A stretch of 32,000 bases of DNA from Mycobacterium leprae TN (GCF_000195855.1 NC_002677.1:900001-932000); one strand, 5' to 3'. Positions 1 to 9,885 are shown, numbered from the stretch's first letter. Notes: generated from the letters alone by a model not told the origin. Numbers and translations: made by a program.

Positions 1-343
1 TCTGCCAGTTCTTCCCGACGCTGTCGTGATCGTTCAGCGTCTTGCTGTCAAACGCGATGCGCGCACCGTCCGGCCGGTAGCCCACATCGAAGTTCTGCGG
101 GCGCACGCCGCCGACTATTCGCACGGCACCAACTTCCACACAATCGGGCTGCGATGGTTGCAACTGGCTGGCGGTGGGAACCACGATAGGGATGTTTCCG
201 AGCATCACCGACAGTGCGCCCCCGACAGCCACGTCGATCAACGTGCCAAAGTCCATCCCGTCCTTCTTGGAAAACTTCGAGCTGAAGAGCCATTTTCGGC
301 CGAAAGCGGTGAGCTCATCTTTGGGCAGGTTGATCCCAGGCAT
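1..343 (-). CDS. Hypothetical protein, N-terminal part only (gene runs off the left edge); PD-(D/E)XK-nuclease-like motif
   Basis: The minus-strand frame is stop-free from 421 to the window edge. It is missing from the ORF track because it is edge-truncated. Candidate starts are ATG 343-341, TTG 352-350 and GTG 359-361. Codon third positions show a strong G/C preference. Translation: MPGINLPKDELTAFGRKWLFSSKFSKKDGMDFGTLIDVAVGGALSVMLGNIPIVVPTASQLQPSQPDCVEVGAVRIVGGVRPQNFDVGYRPDGARIAFDSKTLNDHDSVGKNWQ. It contains D-x12-D-S-K. No clear SD sequence. Confidence 0.45.
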   Translation of the reverse strand, partial: MPGINLPKDELTAFGRKWLFSSKFSKKDGMDFGTLIDVAVGGALSVMLGNIPIVVPTASQLQPSQPDCVEVGAVRIVGGVRPQNFDVGYRPDGARIAFDSKTLNDHDSVGKNWQ

Positions 344-392
344 CGGCTGCAAGACGGCCACGGGTGCGAAGCTTAATCGCCGCAGTGAGGAT

Positions 393-1766
393 TCATTTGC
401 GTAGCAACAGGTCGGCGACCCTTACCGGTTCGCGTAAATCGGTCGGCTCGTGAGCATACCCGATCGCGATGGCGCCCAACGGCTCCCAGTCGGCTGGTAG
501 TTCGAGCTCGGCGCGGACCAGGTCGTCGGCGAAGATCGTTGAGCCAATCCAGCAACTTCCCAGCCCGCGCACCGCCAACGCGACCAGCAGGGCTTGCACC
601 GCTGCTCCGACAGCGACAATGAACATTGTATGCTCGGCACTGGCACGGGCGGCGTCGGGGTAGGCATGTGCGCCGTCGGGAACCATGAAGGGAATGATGA
701 CCTCGGGTGCGTCGTAGAGGATCTGGCCGCGCGCCACACGCTGTGCTATTGCGTCGGCGGGCAAGGCGTCACTGGCGAGGTCTAAGCGCCACTTGTCGGC
801 CATCCGGTCTAGCAGCCGGGTCCGGACAGCCGGGGTTTGTAGCCACACAAACCGTACCGGCCGGGTGTGGTGTGGGGCTGGGGCGGTGAGGGCCTCGGCC
901 ACGGCTGTTTCGATGAGCTCCGCTGCTATTGGTTCATCGCTGAACTGGCGCACTGACCTGCGCAAGAGTTGGGCTTGTTGGCGACCCAGCTCGAGGGCTT
1001 CGGTGGTACCGAGCCAGAACAGGTCGTCGGGGCCATTTCGCAGCAGGTGCTGTGCGGTCGAGCCGTCGTCAGTCGGGCTAAGGCCGCGCACTACGGCCAC
1101 CGGCATCGCAGTCAATTTGCCCTTGACCAGATCGGTGGCCGCCGCGACCTCGTCGGCCACCGCGATTTCGGTGACCACTAACTCGTTGCCGTAGCGGTCG
1201 ACGGCACCCGAATAGTTGTGCAGCACAGCCAAACCAGCCGCACCTATCGCGACGTCGGTCTGGCCATTGCGCCAAGCGCGGCCCATCGTATCAGTGATGA
1301 CCACCGCGACGTTGACGCCGAGCATCGCGCGCAACCCAATGCGCAGCACTGCGGCGCTGGCGTCGGGATTGACAGGTAGCAGCGCGAGTTCGCCCCGGCC
1401 GACGTTAGATCCGTCCACACCGGCGGCAGCTTGCACCAGCCCGAGCCCGTTCTCGATGATCAAGGTTCTGCCTTTGCGTGCCAGCACGCGTATCGTTTCA
1501 TCGTTGATTAACTTGCGGCGCAGTTCATTTCGTCCTCTAGTATCCTCGGGAGCCGGGACCAGCCGACCCTCGCACTTGGATACCACCTTGCTGGTAACCA
1601 CCACGACGTCGCCGTCGCGCAGCCACGGTGCGGCCGCGGCGAGCGCGGCACTCAGATCGTCGCCGGGACGGAATTCGGGAAGCCCGGCGACAGGAAGGAT
1701 CTCGATCGTCGAGGCGGTGCCATGCTCAGGCGACGGTGCAGAGCGGTGCGAATCCGAACTGGTCAC
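393..1766 (-). CDS. fbiB: Bifunctional F420 biosynthesis protein FbiB (gamma-glutamyl ligase, CofE-like N-terminus, plus nitroreductase-like C-terminal domain)
   Basis: Uninterrupted 457-aa ORF with a GTG start that overlaps the fbiA stop (GTGA at 1763-1766). Two-domain layout: a CofE-like N-terminus ([10 protein letters not shown]...[14 protein letters not shown]) and a C-terminal NADPH-nitroreductase-like half ([15 protein letters not shown]...SCWIGSTIF). Sits next to fbiA, as in M. tuberculosis Rv3261-Rv3262. Confidence 0.93.
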   Translation of the reverse strand: MTSSDSHRSAPSPEHGTASTIEILPVAGLPEFRPGDDLSAALAAAAPWLRDGDVVVVTSKVVSKCEGRLVPAPEDTRGRNELRRKLINDETIRVLARKGRTLIIENGLGLVQAAAGVDGSNVGRGELALLPVNPDASAAVLRIGLRAMLGVNVAVVITDTMGRAWRNGQTDVAIGAAGLAVLHNYSGAVDRYGNELVVTEIAVADEVAAATDLVKGKLTAMPVAVVRGLSPTDDGSTAQHLLRNGPDDLFWLGTTEALELGRQQAQLLRRSVRQFSDEPIAAELIETAVAEALTAPAPHHTRPVRFVWLQTPAVRTRLLDRMADKWRLDLASDALPADAIAQRVARGQILYDAPEVIIPFMVPDGAHAYPDAARASAEHTMFIVAVGAAVQALLVALAVRGLGSCWIGSTIFADDLVRAELELPADWEPLGAIAIGYAHEPTDLREPVRVADLLLRK

Positions 1767-2764
1767 GCCGACACGCCCGCGAGCTGAAGCCCGATGTTAA
1801 CCATGTCAGCCGTTGTCTTCGGGCTGCTCATCAGCAGCGGTATCGACCGCACCGCGACCCCCTCGATTTCAGCGTGGTCGTCTTCGTGTACCAGCCAGCA
1901 GTCCAGAATCCCGGTGGTGCGGCGCGCTCCATAATGCTGGCCCACTGCCGTTGCTGTGGATTGTACCCCGATCACTGTGAGACATTTATCGGCCATGCCG
2001 CGCAACGGCTTTCCATCAATGATTGGCGAGTAGCCTACGACCGGAGCGGTGGTTGTCCGAAGTGCACCGCGAATACCGGGGATGGCCAGGATGGCGCCTA
2101 TACTTACCACCGGATTCGATGGTGCCACCAAAATGACGTCGGCGTCAGCGATAGCTGCTACCGCTTCAGTTGCGGCGCTGGCTTTTTCCGCTCCAACATA
2201 GGCGAAACTGTGTGTGGGTACCTGGGCGCGGTAGCGTACCCACCATTCCTGGAAGTGGATTGCGCGCCGGCTGTCATTGATCGGATCAGTGATCACCACG
2301 TGGGTTTCACAGCGGTCGTCACTGGCTGGCACCAACCGTGCTCCTGGTTGCCAGCGGTCACACAGTGCAGTGGTGATCTGCGACAGCCGGTAGCCGGCAT
2401 TCAGCATCTGGGTGCGTACCAAGTGAGTGGCCAGATCGCGGTCCCCGAGTTCGAACCAGTCGGGTTGCACGCCGTACCGCGCGAGTTCCTCCTTGGCGTG
2501 CCAGGTTTCGTCGCGGTGACCCCAGCCGCGCTGCGGGTCGATCCCATCGCCTAGGGTGTACATGCAAGTGTCCAGATCTGGACAGACACGCAACCCGTGA
2601 ATCCAGGCGTCGTCGCCGATATTGACAACGGCAGTTAGCTCGTGGCCTGTTGTTAAGGTATCTGGGCATTGCTGAGGGCCAAACTGACCCAGGCCGAGCA
2701 GTTGCTGAACCCCCAGCAGGAAGTGGGCACCGCCCACACCACCGACCAGAACCGTGACCCTCAC
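1763..2764 (-). CDS. fbiA: 2-phospho-L-lactate (or enolpyruvyl) transferase FbiA/CofD, F420 biosynthesis
   Basis: The track ORF 1763..2920 contains the CofD core. I place the start at GTG 2764-2762 ([19 protein letters not shown]), because the conserved N-terminal GGVGGA nucleotide-binding turn begins right there. The 52 upstream codons are low-complexity and are probably not translated. The stop overlaps the fbiB start. Confidence 0.9.
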   Translation of the reverse strand: MRVTVLVGGVGGAHFLLGVQQLLGLGQFGPQQCPDTLTTGHELTAVVNIGDDAWIHGLRVCPDLDTCMYTLGDGIDPQRGWGHRDETWHAKEELARYGVQPDWFELGDRDLATHLVRTQMLNAGYRLSQITTALCDRWQPGARLVPASDDRCETHVVITDPINDSRRAIHFQEWWVRYRAQVPTHSFAYVGAEKASAATEAVAAIADADVILVAPSNPVVSIGAILAIPGIRGALRTTTAPVVGYSPIIDGKPLRGMADKCLTVIGVQSTATAVGQHYGARRTTGILDCWLVHEDDHAEIEGVAVRSIPLLMSSPKTTADMVNIGLQLAGVSA

Positions 2765-3133
2765 ACCGCATGATAGTACCGCTCTGCTCACCGCCTGCTT
2801 GCGGGGGAGAGTCGGGGCATTGAGCCCGACCCACAGCACCCCGTGGAACAGGGAAGGCGGGAAAAGATCTGCGCAGAGCTTGTGACCAGATGCGCTCGAC
2901 ATGCCGAGGGCTGACGGCAACAGAAACGCCGAAATTCGATCACAACATGGTATGGAAATTCGCAGTCACGCTTGACCCGGCAGGTCAACCCGTGTCTAAT
3001 CACAGTAGTGTCATTTCACGGTTAGTCGGTTCCGGTGTCGCAGGCCGAGATTCGATCACTTGTTCGATTTGTCTGTATATTGCATACGGGGGGAAAGATC
3101 ACCCTCAATCACACGGTGAGGAGACGGACGACC

Positions 3134-3496
3134 ATGTCCTATAAGGACCTTCGGGGCGTAATGGGAAGCACACCGCCCACCCCGTCCGGCATAGCGCAGG
3201 CAGGAATCACCCGGCCTTATTTGAGCGTGGTTCCCAAAGCGCTGGTCGCATTCGAAGTCGAATCTGAGCCGGAGTCGAGTGACCAATGGCAAGACCGGGC
3301 ACTATGCGCGCAAACGGATCCGGAGGCTTTCTTTCCTGAAAAGGGTGGCTCTACGCGCGAGGCCAAGAAAATTTGTCTGGGTTGCGAAGTGCGCCACGAG
3401 TGCTTGGAGTATGCCTTGGCACATGACGAGCGCTTCGGCATCTGGGGTGGTCTTTCCGAGCGTGAGCGTCGCCGCCTTAAACGTGGTGTCATCTGA
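3134..3496 (+). CDS. whiB2: WhiB-family Fe-S transcription factor WhiB2 (WhmD-like)
   Basis: C-terminal core DQWQDRALCAQTDPEAFFPEKGGSTREAKKICLGCEVRHECLEYALAHDERFGIWGGLSERERRRLKRG carries the four Cys (C..CxxCx5C) and the GIWGG turn. ATG 3134 follows GGTGAGGAGA (3116-3125). An alternative short start is GTG 3227 (VVPKALVAF...), which would give 89 aa. The track start at 3035 is unlikely. Confidence 0.9.
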   Translation: MSYKDLRGVMGSTPPTPSGIAQAGITRPYLSVVPKALVAFEVESEPESSDQWQDRALCAQTDPEAFFPEKGGSTREAKKICLGCEVRHECLEYALAHDERFGIWGGLSERERRRLKRGVI

Positions 3497-3524
3497 TTGT
3501 TAGAGCCCACTCTGGACCAGCGGC

Positions 3525-4028
3525 TCAGTCGTCCATCGTCGGGTCGATGGCTGAAGGCTCGACGTCTAAATAAATCGCTACCTGAGCCACCAGAATATCG
3601 TGCAGCAATTCACCAAGTTCGACGGTGTCGTGGGCTCGCCGCTCGATCGGCTTGCGGAACAAGACAATTCGCGCCCGCGTGGCATTGCTGCGAACGTCGA
3701 CGCCAGCGGGGATCAGCCGGGCGAGCGCGATCGGTCCGTCGGCGATAACCTCGGGGGGCCATTGCACGTTTTCTGGGTTCCGGGCGGCTATGCGGGGAAT
3801 CTCGTCGACCGCTACGTCGAGCTCCGACACCCGCCCTTGCCAGCGTTGTTCGATGGGTTCGTAGGCCTCCAGTACTGCCATGTCGAACCGCTCGGCCCGG
3901 CTACGCCATCCCGGAACCGTTGGCGGCAGTAGCGGACCGCGGATGTCGCGGCCCCGTTTCGCGGCTCGGCGCGAAGAGAACCGGCGAGACCACTGACCAT
4001 GCCTCGAGGAACTGCAAGAATTACTCAC
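3525..4028 (-). CDS. Conserved hypothetical protein, Rv3259-like (zincin-like fold family without an intact HExxH)
   Basis: Uninterrupted 167-aa ORF with a GTG start at 4028. Convergent with whiB2, with only 28 nt between the stops. Its position matches Rv3259 next to whiB2. The segment ELGELLHDILVAQVAIYLDVEPSAIDP sits where related proteins carry a metal-binding helix. Function is not established. Confidence 0.78.
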   Translation of the reverse strand: MSNSCSSSRHGQWSRRFSSRRAAKRGRDIRGPLLPPTVPGWRSRAERFDMAVLEAYEPIEQRWQGRVSELDVAVDEIPRIAARNPENVQWPPEVIADGPIALARLIPAGVDVRSNATRARIVLFRKPIERRAHDTVELGELLHDILVAQVAIYLDVEPSAIDPTMDD

Positions 4029-4067
4029 TGGGCCGATGGTAACGGTTAAATATTCCGTGTCTAACGG

Positions 4068-4565
4068 ATGCGCGTGTCCGGCGCTTCAGCGACGTTTTCG
4101 CACGATAGCCTTTCGGTCGTGAATGTTCCCCGTCGCTGCTGCCGGCCCGGGTGTCCGCACTACGCTGTGGCGACGTTGACGTTCGTTTACTCGGACTCGA
4201 CAGCGGTGGTAGGTCCACTCGCTACCGTGCGGGAACCGCATTCGTGGGATCTGTGTGTCGATCATGCCGCTCGTATCACTGCACCGCGTGGGTGGGAACT
4301 TGTGCGCCATGCCGGGCCATTGCCCAGTAATCCCGACGAGGACGACCTGGTTGCCCTGGCAGACGCTGTACGCGAAGGCCCGGGTGGTGAGCACGGGTCC
4401 TACGGGAACGGAGCCAGGGCATCGCTAGGTGGCTTCGCAGATCCCCAGCTACAGTCTGCAGGAGCTCATGCCACCGTGCCTAGCGGTGGTCTGCTCGCAC
4501 CATCCGAGCTGCGTTCCGGACGGCGGCGTGGACATCTGCGAGTATTGCCCGACCCCTCCGATTAG
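4068..4565 (+). CDS. DUF3499-family protein (Rv3258c-like)
   Basis: The ORF contains the family hallmark RRCCRPGCPHYAVATLTFVYSDSTAVVGPLA...HSWDLCVDHA...PRGWEL. The conserved part starts at GTG 4119 (VNVPRRCC), which is an equally plausible start codon. Divergent from the Rv3259-like gene. Confidence 0.8.
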   Translation: MRVSGASATFSHDSLSVVNVPRRCCRPGCPHYAVATLTFVYSDSTAVVGPLATVREPHSWDLCVDHAARITAPRGWELVRHAGPLPSNPDEDDLVALADAVREGPGGEHGSYGNGARASLGGFADPQLQSAGAHATVPSGGLLAPSELRSGRRRGHLRVLPDPSD

Positions 4566-4674
4566 TTCGGACCAGCAGCCGGTGATTCACCGATGTCGTT
4601 ACAGGCCGTTAGTGCCCGTATCTCTGTTGGGCCGATAGGCTGGCGCCAAGAGTCCCCGTCATCAGGAGGCCCGC

Positions 4675-6081
4675 ATGTCTCGGCCCGCCGCGGCTGTTCA
4701 CCGTGTCGTCAAGGCATATGACGTACGCGGGCTAGTGGGTAAAGAAATAGATGAGTCGCTTAGCGCCGATTTCGGCGCGGCATTTGCGAGGTTAATGCGC
4801 GCTGAAGGTGCTCGACAGGTGGTGCTCGGCTACGACATGCGTGACAGTTCGCCATCGCTGGCCGCGGCTTTTGCGACAGGGGTAACTGGTCAGGGAGTTG
4901 ATGTGGTGCGGATTGGTCTATCCTCTACCGATCAGCTTTATTTCGCCGCGGGGTTGCTGGATTGCCCTGGTGCGATGTTCACCGCGAGCCACAATCCGGC
5001 GGCCTACAACGGCATCAAGCTGTGTCTTGCCGGCGCCAAACCGGTTGGTGCAGATACTGGGCTGGCCATCATCCGCGACGATGTGATCGCCGGGATCCCA
5101 CCGTACCCGCTTTCCCGAGGGCGGCCCGGAACCATTGCCGATCGTGATGTGCTGGCCGACTATGGGGTGTTTTTGCGGTCGTTGGTGAACACCGCTGGGC
5201 TGCGTCCATTGCGGGTCGCCGTGGACGCCGGCAACGGCATGGCCGGTCACACTACACCTGCTGTGCTTGGCGCCATTGATTCGATCACCTTGTTGCCGTT
5301 GTACTTCGAGCTCGATGGCTCGTTTCCCAATCACGAAGCCAACCCGCTGGACCCGGCGAACCTGGTGGATCTGCAGGCCTATGTGCGTGACACCGGCGCC
5401 GATATCGGGCTGGCCTTCGACGGGGACGCCGACCGTTGCTTCGTGGTTGACGAACGCGGTTTGTCGGTCTCACCGTCGACGGTAACCAGCTTGGTGGCCG
5501 CTCGTGCGCTCAAACGGGAGATTGGTGCCACGATTATCTACAACGTGATCACCTCTCGCGCGGTGCCTGAACTGGTCAGCGAGTGTGGCGGCACACCGCT
5601 GCGTTCGCGTGTTGGACATTCCTACATCAAGGCGCTGATGGCTGAGACTGGAGCGATTTTCGGTGGTGAACATTCGGCGCACTACTACTTCCGCGACTTT
5701 TGGGGTGCCGACTCCGGGATGCTGGCCGCGCTATATGTGCTAGCCGCTCTCGGTGAGCAGCAAAGGCCGCTCTCGGAGCTGGCCGCTGACTATCAGCGCT
5801 ACGAATCGTCCGGTGAGATCAACTTTACCGTGGCGGACGCGCCGAGCTGTATGGATGCTGTAGTGGAGTTTTTTGGTAGTCAGATTCATTCCATCGATCA
5901 CCTTGACGGGGTGACAGTGGATTTGGGCGGCGGCAGCTGGTTCAACCTGCGTAACTCCAACACCGAGCCGTTGCTGCGGCTCAATGTGGAGGGCCGTAGT
6001 ACCGAGGATGTTGACGTGGTGGTCGCCCAGATTAGTGCTCAAATTGCTGCCCACATATCCGGTCCGGAGGCGGAACCGTGA
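4675..6081 (+). CDS. manB: Phosphomannomutase (alpha-D-phosphohexomutase superfamily)
   Basis: 468-aa ORF. The AGGAGG SD at 4661-4666 lies 8 nt before the ATG. Motifs present: phosphoserine loop FTASHNPAAYNGIK, Mg2+ loop FDGDADRCF, sugar-binding GGEHSAHYYF. Synteny with Rv3257c. Confidence 0.94.
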   Translation: MSRPAAAVHRVVKAYDVRGLVGKEIDESLSADFGAAFARLMRAEGARQVVLGYDMRDSSPSLAAAFATGVTGQGVDVVRIGLSSTDQLYFAAGLLDCPGAMFTASHNPAAYNGIKLCLAGAKPVGADTGLAIIRDDVIAGIPPYPLSRGRPGTIADRDVLADYGVFLRSLVNTAGLRPLRVAVDAGNGMAGHTTPAVLGAIDSITLLPLYFELDGSFPNHEANPLDPANLVDLQAYVRDTGADIGLAFDGDADRCFVVDERGLSVSPSTVTSLVAARALKREIGATIIYNVITSRAVPELVSECGGTPLRSRVGHSYIKALMAETGAIFGGEHSAHYYFRDFWGADSGMLAALYVLAALGEQQRPLSELAADYQRYESSGEINFTVADAPSCMDAVVEFFGSQIHSIDHLDGVTVDLGGGSWFNLRNSNTEPLLRLNVEGRSTEDVDVVVAQISAQIAAHISGPEAEP

Positions 6082-7175
6082 ACGCCACTCGGTTGATTGA
6101 TCTCGAAGACACCAAGGGCTTGATTGCTGCTGACCGGGACGGCTTGCTGCGGGCCGCCTCGTCGGCCGGTGCCCAAGTGCGCGCTATCGCTGCTGCGGCC
6201 GAGGAAGGTGCGTTGGAGACGCTGCGTGCTCATGATCGTCCACGTACCGTGATCTGGGTGGCCGGCCGTGGCACCGCCGAGACGGCTGGGGCCATGTTGG
6301 CCGCGACATCCGGTGGTGCTACCACCGAGCCGATCGTCGTTGCGAGCGAGGCCCCGCCTTGGGTCGGGCCGCTTGATGTGCTGATTGTTGCGGGAGACGA
6401 CCCCGGTGATCCGGCGCTGGTCGGTGCTGCCGCGACCGCAGTGGGCCGGGGTGCGCGGGTGGTCGTGGTGGCGCCGTACGAGGGGCCGCTCCGTGACGCG
6501 ACGGCCGGCCGTGTTGCGGTGCTCGAGCCGCGGCTGAGAATTCCCAACGAGTTCGGATTGTGCCGGTACCTGGCTGCGGGCTTGGCCGCATTGCAAACCG
6601 TGGACCCCAGGCTGCGCCTCGATCTGGCGATGCTCGCCGACGAGTTGGACTCCGAAGCGTTGCACAACAGCGTTGGCTACGAGGTTTTTACCAATCCGGC
6701 CAAGACACTAGCTGCGAGTGTGTCCGGTCATAGGGTGGCGTTGGCGGGCGACTGTGCTGCGACGCTGGCGCTGGCTCGGCACGGTAGTTCGGTGCTGCTG
6801 CGGATTGCACACCAGGTTACATCCGCCACCGGGCTCTCGGATGCTGTTGTGGCGGTACGTTCCTCGGTCGACGTTGCCGACTATGCCCCTACTTCGGTGG
6901 ATGTTCTTTTTCACGACGAAGAGATCGATGGATCGCTACCCGAGCGACTGCGGGTGTTGGCGCTCACATTGGCCAGCGAGCGGACCGTAGTGGCTGCCCG
7001 GGTCGTTGGGCTCGACGACGTCTACCTCGTCGCGGCTGAGGATGTGCCAGACGGGCCCAGCGGCTTGGCTGGGTTACCGGTGTCGGGTGGCGCCGATCGC
7101 GCTGAGCAAGAGCTGGCAATGTTAGCTGTTCGGCTTGAAATGGCCGCGGTTTATTTGCGATTGGTACGGGGATAG
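6078..7175 (+). CDS. Conserved actinobacterial protein of unknown function between manB and manA (Rv3256c-like)
   Basis: Uninterrupted 365-aa ORF. Its GTG start overlaps the manB stop (GTGA at 6078-6081). Ala/Gly/Val-rich but non-repetitive. It occupies the Rv3256c position. I cannot assign a function from the sequence alone. Confidence 0.82.
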   Translation: MNATRLIDLEDTKGLIAADRDGLLRAASSAGAQVRAIAAAAEEGALETLRAHDRPRTVIWVAGRGTAETAGAMLAATSGGATTEPIVVASEAPPWVGPLDVLIVAGDDPGDPALVGAAATAVGRGARVVVVAPYEGPLRDATAGRVAVLEPRLRIPNEFGLCRYLAAGLAALQTVDPRLRLDLAMLADELDSEALHNSVGYEVFTNPAKTLAASVSGHRVALAGDCAATLALARHGSSVLLRIAHQVTSATGLSDAVVAVRSSVDVADYAPTSVDVLFHDEEIDGSLPERLRVLALTLASERTVVAARVVGLDDVYLVAAEDVPDGPSGLAGLPVSGGADRAEQELAMLAVRLEMAAVYLRLVRG

Positions 7176-7182
7176 ATAGACA

Positions 7183-8415
7183 GTGGAACTGCTACGCGGA
7201 GCGTTGCGGACATATGCGTGGGGATCGCGGACCGCTATCGCCGAATTCACTGGAAGACCTGTGCCGGCTGCTCACCCTGAAGCTGAGCTCTGGTTCGGTG
7301 CGCACCCCGGTGACTCGGTTTGGCTACAAGCAGCGAACGGCGAAACTTCGCTACTGGAGGCTCTGGTCGCTGATCCGGAAGGGCAGCTTGGCTCAGTGTC
7401 CCGCGCTCGATTTGGTGACGTGCTGCCGTTCCTGGTCAAGGTGCTGGCAGCTGACGAACCGCTGTCGCTGCAGGCCCATCCGAGCACCAAGCAGGCGGTC
7501 GAGGGTTACCTGCGCGAAGAACGTCTGGGCATTCCGGTGTCCTCGCCGGAACGTAACTACCGGGATACCAGTCACAAGCCGGAGTTATTGGTGGCGCTGC
7601 AGTCATTCGAGGCGTTGGCTGGATTTCGTCAGTCGTCACGCACTGCTGAGCTACTGACGGCGTTAGCCGTCTCCGACCTCGACCCTTTCATTCATTTGCT
7701 GAGCGACCAGTCCGACGCCGACGGTCTGCGTGCGCTGTTCACTACCTGGATAACCGCGCCCCAGACCGACATCGACATGCTGGTACCTGCCGTGCTGGAG
7801 GGGGCGATCGCCTACGTCAGTTCCGGAGCGACGGAGTTCCTGGCGGAAGTCAAGACGGTGATGGAACTTGGCGAGCGTTATCCCGGCGACGCCGGCGTGC
7901 TGGCATCGTTGTTGCTTAACCGCATCAGCCTCACTCCCGGCGAGGCTATCTTCTTGCCGGCCGGCAACTTGCATGCCTATTTGCGAGGTGTTGGGGTGGA
8001 GGTGATGGCTAACTCCGACAACGTGTTGCGAGGAGGCCTCACCCCCAAGCATGTCGATGTGCCTGAGCTGTTGCGGGTGCTGGATTTCAACCCAACTCCC
8101 GAGGAGGCGCTGCGCCCGCCGACCCGCTGCGAGGGTTTTGCGGTGGTTTACGAGACCCCGACCGATGAGTTCGAGGTAGCGCTATTGGCGCTCGACGGCG
8201 ATTATCTGGGTCACGAGGTCGATGCGTCACCCCACGATGTGTCGCAAGGCCCACAGATCTTGTTGTGCACCGAGGGTGAAATTACGGTGCACGGCAAGTT
8301 CCAGGCACTCACCGTAGAACGCGGTATGGCTGTCTGGATGGCGGCCGACGACGGCCCGATTCGGCTGGTCGCGCAGCAACCCGCCAAGCTGTTCAGGGCA
8401 ACCGTCGGTTTGTGA
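7183..8415 (+). CDS. manA: Mannose-6-phosphate isomerase, type I
   Basis: 410-aa ORF with a GTG start. N-terminus MELLRGALRTYAWGSRTAIAEFTG. Type-I PMI zinc and active-site blocks are present: PLSLQAHPS, YRDTSHKPE, LPAGNLHAYLRG. Confidence 0.94.
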   Translation: MELLRGALRTYAWGSRTAIAEFTGRPVPAAHPEAELWFGAHPGDSVWLQAANGETSLLEALVADPEGQLGSVSRARFGDVLPFLVKVLAADEPLSLQAHPSTKQAVEGYLREERLGIPVSSPERNYRDTSHKPELLVALQSFEALAGFRQSSRTAELLTALAVSDLDPFIHLLSDQSDADGLRALFTTWITAPQTDIDMLVPAVLEGAIAYVSSGATEFLAEVKTVMELGERYPGDAGVLASLLLNRISLTPGEAIFLPAGNLHAYLRGVGVEVMANSDNVLRGGLTPKHVDVPELLRVLDFNPTPEEALRPPTRCEGFAVVYETPTDEFEVALLALDGDYLGHEVDASPHDVSQGPQILLCTEGEITVHGKFQALTVERGMAVWMAADDGPIRLVAQQPAKLFRATVGL

Positions 8416-8426
8416 CGGCTTGCCTT

Positions 8427-8459
8427 CGCTCACGTAGCTACAACCGGAGTGTGTGAGCG
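8427..8459. terminator. Weak hairpin plus an A/T-rich tract after manA (possible bidirectional terminator)
   Basis: CGCTCAC (8427-8433) pairs with GTGAGCG (8453-8459), leaving a 19-nt loop. It is followed by ACATTTATTTTATTTCGA (8469-8486), which is unusually A/T-rich for this sequence. The short stem and long loop make this weak. Confidence 0.2.
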
Positions 8460-8495
8460 CTGGTGCGACATTTATTTTATTTCGACCGGGCGGAC

Positions 8496-9885
8496 CTAAG
8501 TACAGGCTGTCAAGAAGGGTGGGGAATCGGTGCAGAAACGATTCGGCGAAAACGGGATCGGTCTCGGCGGCTCTGAGAAACTAGTCAACCAGCCGGCCGA
8601 CCGGTCGGTAAGACAGAGGTGTGTGTGTCCGGAAGTGAGATAAAAACAGAGATCAGCGATGGTGTTCATTGCCCATACCAGGTAGGTGGTCTTGGAGGTG
8701 GCCGAACACAGTACGCGGGCCAGTTCGCCGTTGCGGGACTCCAGCTCCCGTTGTAGATGGACTTGGCCTGCAGCGACGCCATCGTCATTTCTTGCCCCGA
8801 ATGGGTGGGGTTGCAGCTTGGCTACGGCGTAACCGAAGGGAACAATCCTGCTCGGGAAACGGTCCAGTTTGTCTATAGTGGCGCCATCTGCTGGCCGGAA
8901 AAGCGTGAAAGACTCCGGGTCGCCGCACGAGTCAGCGCGCGCCAGGGGGACACCCAGATTCAAGAGAAGCAGCGTGTCGGCGCCAGCGCAATCATATCAG
9001 GAAATGTCGATAGAATTTGGTGTAGGCTACACCAAAGGCAGGTGTCATTCTCTATAGCATAATATGCCCAACCTCCAGCGACTTGTGCTATAGATACACC
9101 GGTGATAACCACCTTTTCCACTAACAGGCCCTCAGGGATACCACGTTGGTGGGTGGTATAGCGGATGCCGATGTCCACCGTGTCTTCAGTTGCTTTCCGG
9201 CATCCCAACGACGACAACCACACCGGCAGCTGGATGCCGTGGCCGGTAGCGTCGACCACAAATTCGGCGCACACGACCTCTGGGCACTTCGACTAGCAGG
9301 AATCTATCAACACACCGGTCACTCGGTGCTGCGAACGGTCCAACAGTGGCGGCAGGATAGACCTCCACACGATCTCGACTTTGGCGATGCAGCGGCCCCG
9401 TCGTCGCAGCTGCCACTCCAGATGCGACCGACTGGGCACATAGGCGGTGAATTCATCGTGCAGGATGTGTTCCATTCTAAGTATATGCCCCGCGACGCCC
9501 GGATAGATGCAGTCCGGTTAGTTCTTCTGAAGTATCGGCACGGCGGTGGCTACACATATCCTTCAACAGGCCCGTAAACAAGCCCTCGAACTCGTTTGTC
9601 CCACGGGTCACCAAGCTAGATTGAGGTGTCGGTCTTGGGGACTGTGGCGCGGTTTGTCGGTGCCGTTGGCAGGTCGTTGTGCTTGAAAAATTGTTAGAAG
9701 TCCAAGAGCACCCGCGATGCGGATAAACCAGCAGTGCTGGCCCCGATGGCAACAGCGTGGCCCCTTGTGCTTTCCGCTACCGTGCGCATTCCCCGGAGGT
9801 TATTCGGTACTGTGCCGTTACGACGGCTGACGAAGGGACAGGTTGATGGCCAGTCAATGGCGGATGAAGTCGGTCGAACAGTCAA
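8496..9885 (-). pseudogene. Decayed FAD-dependent oxidoreductase/monooxygenase (Rv3254-like)
   Basis: Homology is spread over five minus-strand ORF fragments (9694..9885, 9477..9752, 9293..9475, 8960..9274, 8496..8963). These occupy three frames and include at least one in-frame stop. Recognisable blocks: the Rossmann start HAVAIGASTAGLSASRVLLDF, FVVDATGHG, and the FAD-ribityl block RIVPFGYAVAKLQPHPFG, where GD has become GY. The true start may be the ATG at 9789. Confidence 0.75.

Noticed and set aside
1628-2554. 308-aa plus-strand ORF overlapping fbiB/fbiA in antisense
   Set aside because: It lies entirely opposite well-supported genes. The translation is Arg/Pro/Gly/Cys-rich with no recognisable domain. 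Long stop-free antisense frames are expected in GC-rich DNA.
2765-2920. 52-codon N-terminal extension of fbiA in the track ORF; likewise 3035-3133 for whiB2 and 15821-15868 for mtrA
   Set aside because: These extensions precede the conserved N-termini (GGVGGA turn, SD-preceded ATG, and MD.MRQRILVVDDD). They look non-coding. I used the internal start codons.
3497-3524. GAGCC-N14-GGCTC hairpin between the convergent whiB2 and Rv3259-like stops, considered as a bidirectional terminator
   Set aside because: It has a 5-bp stem, a 14-nt loop and no U-tract, so it is not distinguishable from background.
6039-6665. 208-aa and 145-aa minus-strand ORFs opposite the Rv3256c-like gene
   Set aside because: These are antisense shadow ORFs with low-complexity Arg/Gly/Pro-rich translations and no SD sequence. 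The sense-strand gene is conserved and translationally coupled to manB.
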